A DNA stretch of 64,000 bases from positions 11,208 to 75,207 of the forward strand of contig JBBSYE010000008.1 in the NCBI GenBank assembly GCA_038045385.1, written 5' to 3'. How positions within the stretch are numbered: position 1 is the first letter of the stretch; each line of letters begins with the position of its first letter. A program made the position numbers and the translations under genes. This DNA comes from Nanobdellota archaeon. Lineage in GTDB: Archaea > Nanobdellota > Nanobdellia > Pacearchaeales > GW2011-AR1. Shown in pieces: positions 44,060 through 53,780 of the stretch. The notes under the pieces were generated by a model. It had not been told where the DNA came from, did not search any database, and saw only the letters and a list, made by a program, of their open reading frames with translations.

Positions 44060-44427
44060 TTTTATCTATACTTATAATACCATATATCTTATAAATGTTG
44101 TTATTTTATATATGTTATTATCTGAATATATTACCCCTATACCATATATATGCCATATAACCATTTGAACGCGAGTGTCACTTACGCGAGTAATAGCAAA
44201 AGGTTTATAAAGGAATGATAGAGATTTGTCGGTAGCGAAGATAAAATGCGAATTTTATAAGAAAGGTTTTTAAAGGCCGATTAACTGGGTGATATACTCT
44301 AGAAAGCTTAGTACTAGAGAAACTCTATGATAAGTAGAGTCACTTGACGGGCTTCACAGCCTCCTCTATGGGGGGTCCTGCGGGACTGTTAAGGGTACAA
44401 AGCTGAAAGGGGGTTAGAAAAAAGAAA

Positions 44428-47121
44428 ATGTTTAAATTTAAAAAAATTGCGTCTGTTATGGCATCAACTGCCTTAATGTTATCAACTGTTGGACTAGCAC
44501 TTGCTGCAAATTATCCTCAACCTTTCGAGAGTGCGGGTACTGCTGCAGTAGTCTGGGGAACCAATGCTGATAGCTCTGACATCGCTGCTGCTGCTAGTAT
44601 TGCAACTGGTTTGCAATCTGCACTAGGTGATGGAGGAAGTACAACGACGACAACTATAACTGGCGAAGCATTCCCATTATTTACTAGTGGAACTGAAATT
44701 TATTTGAACGATACACTTAACGTTGCTAGAACAACTGTAACTGATGATAACCTTCCTACAATCTTGGAGGATGGAGACTTTTCAGGTAATGTTGATGCGG
44801 AATACACACAAACTATTGTGATTCCAAGTAATAGCCGTGTTTTGTTCGGACAACAGCCTAGTAGTAATGATGATCCTACGGTTTTTGTAAATCTTGGAAC
44901 TAGCTCAACTGCTATTGTTTATAATACAACAATAACTTTTGATAGAGCGGTTAACTTGACTCATGCAGATTCTGAAGGAGAGGCATTAAACTTGTTTGGA
45001 ACTGAATGGACAATCGGAGCAGACACTGATGGAGATACAATTGTATTGTATCAATCTTCAGAGCGTATAGCTCTTTCCTTAGGCGGAAGTAGTCCTAATC
45101 CTTCTGCAACTGTTGAAGTTGAAGGCAATAGTTATACTATTGAACTTGTTTCTGCTAGCGATTCTGATGCAACTATTAGGGTAACTGATAGTAGTGGAGG
45201 TACGCAAAGCAAAGAAATCAATGAGGATGATTCAAAGCAAATAAATGGAATAGAAGTTTCTGTTTCATATGCTGATGAATCTGATGCGACTGGAACTGTT
45301 TCTGCTGAAGTTACTGTAGGTAGTCAAAAGATTATCTTGGAAACTGGGCAGGCGGTTAAAGTTGGTTCTGATGAAGAATCTCTTGATGGAACTCTTGTTA
45401 GCTTTAATGGTGGAACTGTTGGAGCAATGACTAAATTAGTTATCCAAACTTTCTCAGATGATACTGATGAAGATGCTCTTATTACTGGAGGCACTTTTGC
45501 AGACCCTACATGGGGATCTTTTATCATGCAATTCACAGAGACTAGCTCTGATTTGGATGATGAAGGAAGAGATATGATTACTGTTTCAGCTAATGGTGAC
45601 GATGAAATGAAAATTTCATTCACGGACCATCGAAGTGATACAAATTCATTCGTTTGGCTTAATAACCAATCTCAAACTATGAGGCTTGCTAATAGCAATG
45701 ATGGTAAGGAACTTCTAAAAGTTGCAGAAGGAACTGCTTTAAACAGGTCTATGTTCGCAGTTGTTGGAAATCAGGATGAGGGAACTTTGGTTCGCTTGAA
45801 GACTGTTTCCAATAGTAGCGGAGATACTAATGACGATATTGTTTTTGAGAATGTCTTTGACACATCAACAACATATAAAGCGTCTATAACTAGCGAGGGA
45901 GCTGGAACTATTGATATAGGTGGTCAAACATTTGCTGTATCATATGTTGGAGCTTCAACTTCTCCACAAGACATAGTTGTCAGGTTAAATTATCCTGATA
46001 CTACTGACTCTGGAAATATTGTTCTTTATCCTACGATAGAGACAGACAAGGGGGCCAAGGTATCATTCTATGAACCTTTGACCATGAACTTGACTGCAGG
46101 ATCTACAAGCGCGACTGTCGGATCTGTTAATGCGGCTATGCAGAATTATACTGTTGTTAATTCTGGAACGACAAATATCACTGGATTATTATTCCCTGAT
46201 GGAGATAACTATAACACAGCAACTGCTGTGTCATACTACCTTGGAGGGGGAGTTAACGCTAACGGTAACGTTACAGTGGGTGGCGTTTCTTTGAATGCGA
46301 CAATAAACTCTACACAGGGCCCAACAAGCACGACAATCACTTCAGGTAGACTTACCTATAACGTGACTATTTCGGGTCATAACACAGTTACTGTGTTCTT
46401 ACTCGATCCAGTTAATGGAGGAAATATTGTTACTCCTTCTGTTGTTATTTGGGAAGAAACTGAAGATAGAACTGACAATGAAGAAGCTCTTGTAGTTACA
46501 CTTACTGGTGGAGGAACAAGTGCATCTGAAACAGAGGTTGATACCGTTGTTTCAACTGCTACTACCCCTGGAACCACAACTGGAAATGGAAATAGCTATA
46601 CCACATTAGAATCTAACGATGATTTGTCTCAAATTTTGACCTTGTATGGAACACTTGTCACACTTGACAATCCTACAAGCGGACAAAAGAGTGCGAAATT
46701 ATCATATCCTGACGATCAAGTTCAGGCAATGGTATACTTCACTGAGGCAACTGCTTCGGTAGGTGATGGTGCTACAAACACTGGCGTTGTTACAATCAGA
46801 GACTCGGAAGCAAGCACATATTCCTCAAGGAATATGGTTGTTGTTGGAGGAAGCTGCGTAAACACTGTAGCTGCTCAATTATTGGGCTCAAGTTGCGGAT
46901 CAAGCTTTACAAGCAGTACTGGAGCAGGTTCTGGTGAGTATATCATCGAGACCTTCACTTCACCTTTCTCAAGCAGCAAAGTTGCTGTACTTGTGGCTGG
47001 TTACAATGCTGATGACACTGAGAATGCCGCTACATACCTAAGAACACAGACTGTTGACACAACTGTCGGCAAGAAGTACAAAGGTACAACCGGAACTCAG
47101 GCGATACTTCAAACTGTTTAA
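44428..47121 (+). CDS. Probable S-layer protein
   Basis: Signal peptide ...STVGLALA. 897 aa, Thr/Ser/Asn/Gly-rich, with many N-x-S/T sequons. C-terminal VVVGGSCVNTVAAQLLG and VAVLVAGYNADDTENAATYL match archaeal S-layer domains. Confidence 0.6.
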   Translation: MFKFKKIASVMASTALMLSTVGLALAANYPQPFESAGTAAVVWGTNADSSDIAAAASIATGLQSALGDGGSTTTTTITGEAFPLFTSGTEIYLNDTLNVARTTVTDDNLPTILEDGDFSGNVDAEYTQTIVIPSNSRVLFGQQPSSNDDPTVFVNLGTSSTAIVYNTTITFDRAVNLTHADSEGEALNLFGTEWTIGADTDGDTIVLYQSSERIALSLGGSSPNPSATVEVEGNSYTIELVSASDSDATIRVTDSSGGTQSKEINEDDSKQINGIEVSVSYADESDATGTVSAEVTVGSQKIILETGQAVKVGSDEESLDGTLVSFNGGTVGAMTKLVIQTFSDDTDEDALITGGTFADPTWGSFIMQFTETSSDLDDEGRDMITVSANGDDEMKISFTDHRSDTNSFVWLNNQSQTMRLANSNDGKELLKVAEGTALNRSMFAVVGNQDEGTLVRLKTVSNSSGDTNDDIVFENVFDTSTTYKASITSEGAGTIDIGGQTFAVSYVGASTSPQDIVVRLNYPDTTDSGNIVLYPTIETDKGAKVSFYEPLTMNLTAGSTSATVGSVNAAMQNYTVVNSGTTNITGLLFPDGDNYNTATAVSYYLGGGVNANGNVTVGGVSLNATINSTQGPTSTTITSGRLTYNVTISGHNTVTVFLLDPVNGGNIVTPSVVIWEETEDRTDNEEALVVTLTGGGTSASETEVDTVVSTATTPGTTTGNGNSYTTLESNDDLSQILTLYGTLVTLDNPTSGQKSAKLSYPDDQVQAMVYFTEATASVGDGATNTGVVTIRDSEASTYSSRNMVVVGGSCVNTVAAQLLGSSCGSSFTSSTGAGSGEYIIETFTSPFSSSKVAVLVAGYNADDTENAATYLRTQTVDTTVGKKYKGTTGTQAILQTV

Positions 47122-47135
47122 GGATAGTAATATTA

Positions 47136-47161
47136 TTTTTTTCTTTTTTTTTCTTTTTTTT
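47136..47161 (+). terminator. Oligo-T archaeal termination signal after the S-layer gene
   Basis: T7-C-T9-C-T8 begins 15 nt after the stop codon. Confidence 0.45.
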
Positions 47162-47246
47162 ATCTCCTGCTGTCAAGCTTCGGAGAAAAATATTCATTAT
47201 TTTAGACATACATTAAATTTTTAAAAGGTAATTTGTTTTACCCTTT

Positions 47247-47780
47247 ATGAGAGCAATTGAAAGTTTTGAAGTGAGAGAGAAAAGAAGCAAAAGGAATAGA
47301 CTGATTATGGGCGTTCTTCTTATTGGCCTTATGGTGCTAAGTACAGCGGGTTACGCTTTTTATGGCGTGACTGATGCATCCGATTCTAATGTTTCAAGTG
47401 GGGGAATAAGATATGACGGAAGCTATTGGATATTTCCCTCAAGTTACTCGGATTTATATCTTTTTAATGACCCAACGAATATTGTTAAAGTTAATCTGAA
47501 TAATAGGGCTTTGAACTATGGGGGAAAGATCTTGTATATTGATTCTGAAGATAGCTTCGTTAGAGAGCATTTGGCTCTTAACTTGGGGACTTATTTTAAT
47601 GGAGTTTATGAGGCATGTTATGGTCCTTGCTTGAGAGACTTGCCTGAAAAAGATTGTAGTGAACCAATAATAATCTATCGAGATAGCTCAGAGAACTCTA
47701 TAAGGCAGGAACAGAATTGCTTTTTCATTAACGGAGATACAGGAGAGGTGGATAAGTTCATATTGAGCTTTACGCAATAA
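47247..47780 (+). CDS. Membrane-anchored hypothetical protein
   Basis: 177 aa with an N-terminal basic stretch plus TM (LIMGVLLIGLMVLSTAGYAF). Confidence 0.45.
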   Translation: MRAIESFEVREKRSKRNRLIMGVLLIGLMVLSTAGYAFYGVTDASDSNVSSGGIRYDGSYWIFPSSYSDLYLFNDPTNIVKVNLNNRALNYGGKILYIDSEDSFVREHLALNLGTYFNGVYEACYGPCLRDLPEKDCSEPIIIYRDSSENSIRQEQNCFFINGDTGEVDKFILSFTQ

Positions 47781-47821
47781 AAATACTTAAGATTTTTAAA
47801 CCATGAATGAGGGAATAATAG

Positions 47822-48496
47822 ATGACTGAAGACACTAAAATAGAAACTAAAGGAGAGAAAAAGAAGGAGAGAAAAATTGAGCATGAAATAATGTGGATAG
47901 TGGGTTTTGCAGTTGTGCTAGTGCTTATTTTTTTGGGAACTCAGCAGATTGTAAAATGGAATACTCAATTTGATTATGAGGGGCTGCATTTTACTAAAAC
48001 TAAAATAGGGAAAATTCCATTATATCATTATTATTATAACTTTGTTGATTCACAAGAAAATACTATAAGATATAATATGTATTTAAGAACAGATCCTAGA
48101 AAGAATGATATTCCTATTGATAGACCAGTGTTGATGACTACTAAACTCGCTTATGTTGCACTTGATTTAACGAGTGATTTGGAGGGATGTTCTGATAGTA
48201 ATCTTGCCGTCGGAGATTTTGCTTTATTTTTGCAACAGAATCAATTTGCCGTCAAGTCAGGTATTACTAATGAAAGTCTCGCGGACGAACTTGGGAAGGA
48301 TTATGTTACGTGTGAGCTTAAAGATACTGTTGAGGTTTTTGAAATAACTAGAGGTGAAGAAACTAGAATTGAATCTGAAGGTTTATGTACTAAAATTATT
48401 GTTGGTCCAGATTGCGAGATATTAAATGCTATAGAAAAGCTTAAAGTTTCAATAGTCTCTGATGCTCGTTCTAGAGCTCAAGGTCTTATTGGGTAG
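47822..48496 (+). CDS. Membrane-anchored hypothetical protein
   Basis: 224 aa with a K/E-rich N-terminus, then a TM (IMWIVGFAVVLVLIFLG). Confidence 0.45.
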   Translation: MTEDTKIETKGEKKKERKIEHEIMWIVGFAVVLVLIFLGTQQIVKWNTQFDYEGLHFTKTKIGKIPLYHYYYNFVDSQENTIRYNMYLRTDPRKNDIPIDRPVLMTTKLAYVALDLTSDLEGCSDSNLAVGDFALFLQQNQFAVKSGITNESLADELGKDYVTCELKDTVEVFEITRGEETRIESEGLCTKIIVGPDCEILNAIEKLKVSIVSDARSRAQGLIG

Positions 48497-49110
48497 CGTT
48501 TGCGTATCGTTCTATAAAGGAAGATTATTGGAATTAAAGCAATTATTAGTACAATTAATATCTCGCTGATGTAATCTTTAATTAATAATAAATTATTTCC
48601 AAAGAGTATGCCTAGATAAATTAATAATGCGCTCCAGAGTCCCGCGCCTATGGCTGTAAAAAGACTAAACTTGAATAAATTCATCCTAGTAAAACCTGCT
48701 GGGAGCGAGACGAAAGAGCGAAATGCTGGAATTAGACGACCAATTAAAGTGGTTATCTCACCATGATTATCAAAAAACTTTTCTGCGGTTGTTATATGCT
48801 CATGTTTGATGAAGAATATTTTTTCATATTTGAATAGAAGTTTATTTACTGCTCGCCTGCCTAGATGCCAGGCAAGAGAATAGTTTATTAGTGCGCCCGC
48901 GACGCTACCAAGAATGGCCATTAAAAGGACTAAAGTAAAAGATAACTGGCCTTGCGAGACCAAAACGCCAGCGGGAACTAATATTATTTCCGCTGGAAAG
49001 GGAATTATTGTGCTTTCAATAGTCATAAGAATAAATATTCCAAAGTAGCCCAAAGAACCTACGAGCGAAATCATGAGGTTTACAAATTGTTCTAATATCG
49101 CATTAAGCAT
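48478..49110 (-). CDS. DedA family membrane protein
   Basis: GYFGIFILMTIESTIIPFPAEIILVPAG and RLIPAFRSFVSLPAG are DedA/SNARE-associated signatures. Confidence 0.75.
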   Translation of the reverse strand: MLNAILEQFVNLMISLVGSLGYFGIFILMTIESTIIPFPAEIILVPAGVLVSQGQLSFTLVLLMAILGSVAGALINYSLAWHLGRRAVNKLLFKYEKIFFIKHEHITTAEKFFDNHGEITTLIGRLIPAFRSFVSLPAGFTRMNLFKFSLFTAIGAGLWSALLIYLGILFGNNLLLIKDYISEILIVLIIALIPIIFLYRTIRKRYPIRP

Positions 49111-49130
49111 AATTTATCTAATTAAACGTG

Positions 49131-49652
49131 CTATAAAAACTTGCTCTCGACTAAAAGAGATTTTATATCGCTGTAAATAGGAATCTCTTTTATTTTTAAT
49201 AGATATATATTCGCAAACCAAAGAAGAACTACGAAGATTGTGCTACCAATATACCAAGTCCATAGATGTGTAAAGTCAAAATACTTGAAACCTTTATAGA
49301 AGAAAATGCCGAAAACTATTATTCTTGCTACATTTACTAGATAGAAAGAAAAGAGAAGAAAAACTAGACTCTTTAGTCTTTTAGCTAAACTCATGGGAGT
49401 TGTTAAATTTAATATTAAGAGGAAATAATATGCAGAGCCTGCGATACAAGCATCGACTATATGTGCAAAATAGCCTTTGAAGCCAATTACATTACCTCCA
49501 TAGAGAGTTGCATCATAGAGATAATCGAATGCGTAGAAGACTGGATAGACCGTTAGAGGAGTGGCTATCGTGTATATTATCGCGATGTTTATCCCTAGAA
49601 TAAGAAGGATAATATAACGAATTGATAGAGAAACTGATTGATTATAGTCCAT
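49131..49652 (-). CDS. Small archaeosortase/exosortase-family protein
   Basis: 173 aa, polytopic. FAHIVDACIAGSAYYF gives a candidate Cys69, LVNVARII gives Arg110 (41 residues after the Cys, as I recall for ArtA), and FTHLW gives His129. Confidence 0.55.
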   Translation of the reverse strand: MDYNQSVSLSIRYIILLILGINIAIIYTIATPLTVYPVFYAFDYLYDATLYGGNVIGFKGYFAHIVDACIAGSAYYFLLILNLTTPMSLAKRLKSLVFLLFSFYLVNVARIIVFGIFFYKGFKYFDFTHLWTWYIGSTIFVVLLWFANIYLLKIKEIPIYSDIKSLLVESKFL

Positions 49653-49696
49653 TAAAGGTATAAAAAATTGAACTATAAATTGTTATCTATGAAGAT

Positions 49697-51337
49697 TTAT
49701 CTTTTAGCAAGTCTTATTGCTACAACGATAACAAGTATCAATAGTATTACATTGATAGCCCCGATTATCCAGATAAGATTGTTTCCGCCAAAGTCAAACG
49801 ATAAGCTCTTACTTGTAACATCGACTTCAACTTCTTGTCTGTCAACAGAGCCATTTGAATCTGTTTCAATGAAGAAGCTTTGTGTTCCGTCTGCATCTTC
49901 ATCTACATTGAACACGATTGTTACTTCAGCTGATTCGCCAGCATCAAGATTCAATAATCTCTCTGATACGTCGTCTAATGAAGCCCAGTCTTCATAACCG
50001 CTTAAAGCTATAATGAAAGTTCCATCGCTATCGCCAGTATTTCTAACTCTTGCAGTGATAGTCAATTGTTCTCCTGCTTTTGCATCTGAATCAAGAGATG
50101 CTGTTATGCTTGCTGAACCGCTATCTACATTACCAGGATTTCCAGTATTATCTGGAGAACAACCGATAACTTTCAAAGTTCCTAAGAACTTATCTTCAGA
50201 TTCAACATCGTAATCATCGCTATTGTCGTCATAGTCGTAGAATGTTGTGAACTCAAGATTATAGTTTCCATCGGTAGCGCTATCAGGGATTTCAAAGTTG
50301 AACTCTAGAGTTTTATCATCGCCTTCATCAAGATCTTCTCTTATTACAAAGTCTTGACTTATGCCTAGTTGAGCGTTTCTCATTTGAATTTTAACTTGAT
50401 CTTCATTCTGGCTTCCGATATTGAATACCGTGAAAGCTCCGCTTATTGTTTCTCCACATGTTGCTTGAGCTGGTAGCTCTATATCATCAACTACTATTGT
50501 TTTTTCGTCATCTGTTTCTTTCTTTACAGAGATACTTGTGAAAACTTTTCCTTGGAATTCATCTGAACAATCTCTTGCTTGGCCAGTATCATCACTATAT
50601 GCTTTGAATGCTAGCTTGTAGTTTCCTGAATCAAAATCTGCAGGAACTTTGAATTCGAAAGAGACTGTGTCGTCATCGTCATCGCCAAGATTACCAAGAT
50701 CTGCTTCTTCTTCATCAGAACTTGTGAAATCAAGATCATTAACAACATTTCTTCCTGCGCTATCGAATAAGCCCATTTCTACAATAACGTCATCAATGTC
50801 GTCATTTCCGTTGTTTTCAACATCAACATCAATAGATAAAACATCAAGAGGCATCCATTCCTCATCTTTATCTCCGCTATTGCTAACATCAACATCTTTG
50901 ATTGAAAGATTTGCGCCAGCTGGTCCGTTTGAACAGAATCCAGTTTGGAAATTAAGAGTTACTATCTTTGTAAAAGGAGCGCTTCCTGCATTTGAAATTC
51001 CAGTTATATTAAGTGTTCTTGAGAATTCTGAAACTGGAAAGCTTGTTAAATCGCTTCCTGTTAAGGTAATATTATATCTAAGACTTGTAGCCACATTATC
51101 TGCTGAACCGATTGGAGTTACTGCAAGATTGATTGTTTTTCCATCAAGAGTTTGACTTGAACCGCCAATTAAAGTAGCTGTGAAGTTTGTAACTTCTCCA
51201 GTGTTATCTACTTGAAGAGTAGTGCCTTTCTTTGTTACAGCAACAGAATCTGGAGCAGTAAATACAACTGCAGCGAAAACTAGACTTGATAATAGAACTG
51301 CTGTAATCAAAAATGCTGAAAGTAATTTCATATTCAT
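49697..51337 (-). CDS. Acidic surface protein (CARDB-like repeats) with C-terminal motif-TM-basic tail
   Basis: Signal peptide MNMKLLSAFLITAVLLSSLVFA. C-terminus is SLSFDFGGNNLIWIIGAINVILLILVIVVAIRLAKR. It lies immediately upstream of the sortase-like gene on the same strand. Confidence 0.65.
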   Translation of the reverse strand: MNMKLLSAFLITAVLLSSLVFAAVVFTAPDSVAVTKKGTTLQVDNTGEVTNFTATLIGGSSQTLDGKTINLAVTPIGSADNVATSLRYNITLTGSDLTSFPVSEFSRTLNITGISNAGSAPFTKIVTLNFQTGFCSNGPAGANLSIKDVDVSNSGDKDEEWMPLDVLSIDVDVENNGNDDIDDVIVEMGLFDSAGRNVVNDLDFTSSDEEEADLGNLGDDDDDTVSFEFKVPADFDSGNYKLAFKAYSDDTGQARDCSDEFQGKVFTSISVKKETDDEKTIVVDDIELPAQATCGETISGAFTVFNIGSQNEDQVKIQMRNAQLGISQDFVIREDLDEGDDKTLEFNFEIPDSATDGNYNLEFTTFYDYDDNSDDYDVESEDKFLGTLKVIGCSPDNTGNPGNVDSGSASITASLDSDAKAGEQLTITARVRNTGDSDGTFIIALSGYEDWASLDDVSERLLNLDAGESAEVTIVFNVDEDADGTQSFFIETDSNGSVDRQEVEVDVTSKSLSFDFGGNNLIWIIGAINVILLILVIVVAIRLAKR

Positions 51338-51449
51338 TTTGTGTTGTAACTCTGCAATTACTATGGTATTTAAACTTTTCTATTATAGAGAAGATACTAG
51401 ATTTTGAGAGTTTAGGCAATTATATATACTTTAGTCGTCTCTATTTTTT

Positions 51450-51827
51450 ATGGCTTTGAAAGCGAGAGAAAATCTTTTTAGTGCTTGGGCTTTACTTGTT
51501 GGAGTTGTTATTGCGCTTATTGGAGGCATTTTACTTAGTTTTGGAGGACAGGCGAATCCATTCATCTTGGGGGTTCTTCTTGTGCTTGGGCTACTACTAG
51601 GATTCTTTGTTGAAATCAATCAGCATGAGGCTAGTACATTCATGCTTGCTTCGCTTTCTCTTGTGATAGTGAGCTTTGCAGGGCAACAGGGCATTGCTAA
51701 TATTCAATTTGGAGAGATTGCATTGGGTAATATTATAGCTTCAACACTATCCGGATTGCTTGTAATGCTTGTGCCTGCGACGATTGTAGTTGCTATAAGA
51801 AGTATATTTTTGATTGCTAGGCGATAA
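51450..51827 (+). CDS. Integral membrane protein
   Basis: 125 aa with four hydrophobic segments. Confidence 0.45.
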   Translation: MALKARENLFSAWALLVGVVIALIGGILLSFGGQANPFILGVLLVLGLLLGFFVEINQHEASTFMLASLSLVIVSFAGQQGIANIQFGEIALGNIIASTLSGLLVMLVPATIVVAIRSIFLIARR

Positions 51828-51829
51828 AG

Positions 51830-52159
51830 TTACCCTGCGCTAAATTTGTAAATATTTCCTTGCAGTAACCCTGAAAGAACTTCAAGTTCCCATTTTTTAT
51901 TAATGCCTTCTTCCCAGGAATCGTACTCTTTAGAATAGGAAACTTCAACGCCAGCAAGTGATGCTTGATAAGGGAGAACTTCAAAGTCAGATTTTGTTTT
52001 TATTGGTAAATCAACCAGATGATTGGTCTCGCCAGATTTAATATTTAAGGTAACTAAACTCTCCATATCAGTTCGGTGACCTCCAGGCCTTCCACGAGTT
52101 AGAGAGATTACTTTTCCTCTTGTTCTGAAATTACTATCTGAATGTAGGGGTTCCATCAT
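51830..52159 (-). CDS. Hypothetical protein
   Basis: 109-aa ORF. No motif recognised. Confidence 0.4.
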   Translation of the reverse strand: MMEPLHSDSNFRTRGKVISLTRGRPGGHRTDMESLVTLNIKSGETNHLVDLPIKTKSDFEVLPYQASLAGVEVSYSKEYDSWEEGINKKWELEVLSGLLQGNIYKFSAG

Positions 52160-52246
52160 TCTTTTTTCCTAAACGTAAGGATATATAAATGTTATCATTT
52201 AATAATGATTATCTTTATTCAATTTAAAAAAATCTAAAAATAAGAA

Positions 52247-52627
52247 CTAATAGTCTTCTAAAGGATTAACTTTCTTCTCTGGAGCTAAAGCTTTGTGAAC
52301 TTCAGCGAATTGAGGAGTAGCGATTATTGTGTTTTCTCCGAAGCCTGCGATTGAGCCTTCAAGAGCTTCAATTGTCTTCTTGATTTTAGCGATTGCACGC
52401 TTTAGCTCTACAATATCCTTAGATTTTAGAGGTTTTATATCAATTATAGCTATTGTATAGCCTTCTCTTAGTGAATTTAGAATTTCATTGATATCGTCAT
52501 ACTGCTTTAACGAGAAAGGACGAACGATTACTTTGTTCTTTGACTCTTGAGCTTGAGTAACGTCAATTTCAAGGTAGTCTTCCGAAGGTCTTGAACCTCC
52601 GAACACGCTCTTTAAGTTAAATGCCAT
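52247..52627 (-). CDS. sepF: Cell division protein SepF (DUF552)
   Basis: VIVRPFSLKQYDDINEILNSLREGYTIAIIDIKPL...LKRAIAKIKKTIEALEGSIAGFGENTIIATP matches the SepF core. Confidence 0.7.
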   Translation of the reverse strand: MAFNLKSVFGGSRPSEDYLEIDVTQAQESKNKVIVRPFSLKQYDDINEILNSLREGYTIAIIDIKPLKSKDIVELKRAIAKIKKTIEALEGSIAGFGENTIIATPQFAEVHKALAPEKKVNPLEDY

Positions 52628-52708
52628 GTCGTATTATAGAGCATCAGTATATAAATATTATCGTTCTGAATTCGTAACTTTATAGGATATAATTAAAAAA
52701 TTATTTTT

Positions 52709-53029
52709 CTAATTTATCGGAGACTTTTCTATTTCTCGACGGATATCTTCAGATTTTTTTTCAAGAATTTTTTGTTGTTTTTCAAAACTTTGCATTTTAG
52801 TCTCAACTATAGTCTTTTTTTTCTGTAAATCCTCAAGAACTTTCTTCTTATCTGCTCTTATCATTACTGAACTAACTACTTGATAGACCTCTCCGGTTGA
52901 TGATTTGACTTCTCCTAGTGCAGTATTGAGTTCATTTAGCTCCATTTCTGAAGTTTGGAACTGCATTAAGATAGCTTGAAGATTTTGTTCTATAATTCCT
53001 AATTCTTGTATGTGCCTTGATGGGTTCAT
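52709..53029 (-). CDS. pfdB: Prefoldin beta subunit
   Basis: 106 aa with coiled coil, beta hairpins, coiled coil: QNLQAILMQFQTSEMELNELNTALGEV...VYQVVSSVMIRADKKKVLEDL. Confidence 0.7.
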   Translation of the reverse strand: MNPSRHIQELGIIEQNLQAILMQFQTSEMELNELNTALGEVKSSTGEVYQVVSSVMIRADKKKVLEDLQKKKTIVETKMQSFEKQQKILEKKSEDIRREIEKSPIN

Positions 53030-53163
53030 AGAGCTTTTACCTTTACAATGTGCTTTCTAGGTTTAAAGAATATTTTTGAATTGCAATGTGGACAGACAAA
53101 TCTTTTTTCTAATATCTTATTAGTTATTCCTTTGCCGCACTTGAAACATTTGTATTGAGCCAT
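53026..53163 (-). CDS. rpoP: RNA polymerase subunit Rpo12 (RpoP)
   Basis: 45-aa ORF absent from the track: MAQYKCFKCGKGITNKILEKRFVCPHCNSKIFFKPRKHIVKVKAL, a C4 zinc ribbon. The stop overlaps the pfdB start. Confidence 0.6.
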   Translation of the reverse strand: MAQYKCFKCGKGITNKILEKRFVCPHCNSKIFFKPRKHIVKVKAL

Positions 53164-53187
53164 TTTGTTATTTTGTGTTATAGGTTT

Positions 53188-53415
53188 TTAAGTCTGTCTA
53201 TTGAGCATGTAAGCATGTCCTGCAAAACGCTTTCCGCATCTTCTACATGACCAAATTCCAACAGATTCGCGCTTTGCGCCTGGGCGATTGCAGTAAGGAC
53301 AAGTTTGCTTTTTTCTTTGTAAAGCTTCTACTTGGTTTAATCTGTTACGAACGTTAGTGCCTGCGCGAACTCCAAATCTTCCTGCTGCTTTTGTCTTCTT
53401 TAATTTTGAACCCAT
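53188..53415 (-). CDS. rpl37ae: Ribosomal protein eL43 (L37Ae)
   Basis: KAAGRFGVRAGTNVRNRLNQVE...CPYCNRPGAKRESVGIWSCRRCGKRFAGHAY. The ATG at 53415 is preferred over the TTG at 53427. Confidence 0.85.
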   Translation of the reverse strand: MGSKLKKTKAAGRFGVRAGTNVRNRLNQVEALQRKKQTCPYCNRPGAKRESVGIWSCRRCGKRFAGHAYMLNRQT

Positions 53416-53513
53416 ATTTACTTTCAATCTATATGGTTTTTAAATTATGCGGTTTGTATGGATTCAAAATTAAGTTATGAGATGGGAAATAATTTGAGCT
53501 ACTTTTTATAGAA

Positions 53514-53696
53514 TCAAATCTGGTCATATTTTATCTCTTTTATTAAAAAATATTCTATTAGTATCAAAAGTAGAATAAAAGATATCATTTTCCACAAAGT
53601 AAAATTATTATTAAGACTATTAAGAAATGCTCCTATAATCCCTCCGATGATAGAAGATGTAATAATTAATCTTGCTTTTCTCCTTTCTTTGTTCAT
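53514..53696 (-). CDS. Small membrane protein (tentative)
   Basis: 60 aa with two hydrophobic segments. No other support. Confidence 0.25.
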   Translation of the reverse strand: MNKERRKARLIITSSIIGGIIGAFLNSLNNNFTLWKMISFILLLILIEYFLIKEIKYDQI

Positions 53697-53780
53697 CTTA
53701 TTTAATAAATTTAATGTTTACCTATTTATTATCCTTTCTTTCATTCTAGTATCTAAATCTTTAAATTGTCCCCAAGGGCT

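Noticed and set aside
44296-44410. C/D-box sRNA or other known ncRNA upstream of the S-layer gene
   Set aside because: Only approximate box matches were found (atgata, ctga), with wrong spacing. No family-specific structure could be drawn by hand. It is reported only as a structured leader candidate.
49668-51155. Plus-strand ORFs 49668-49997, 50013-50213 and 50649-51155
   Set aside because: All are antisense to the 546-aa surface-protein gene, Ser/Leu-rich shadow frames, and lack start context.
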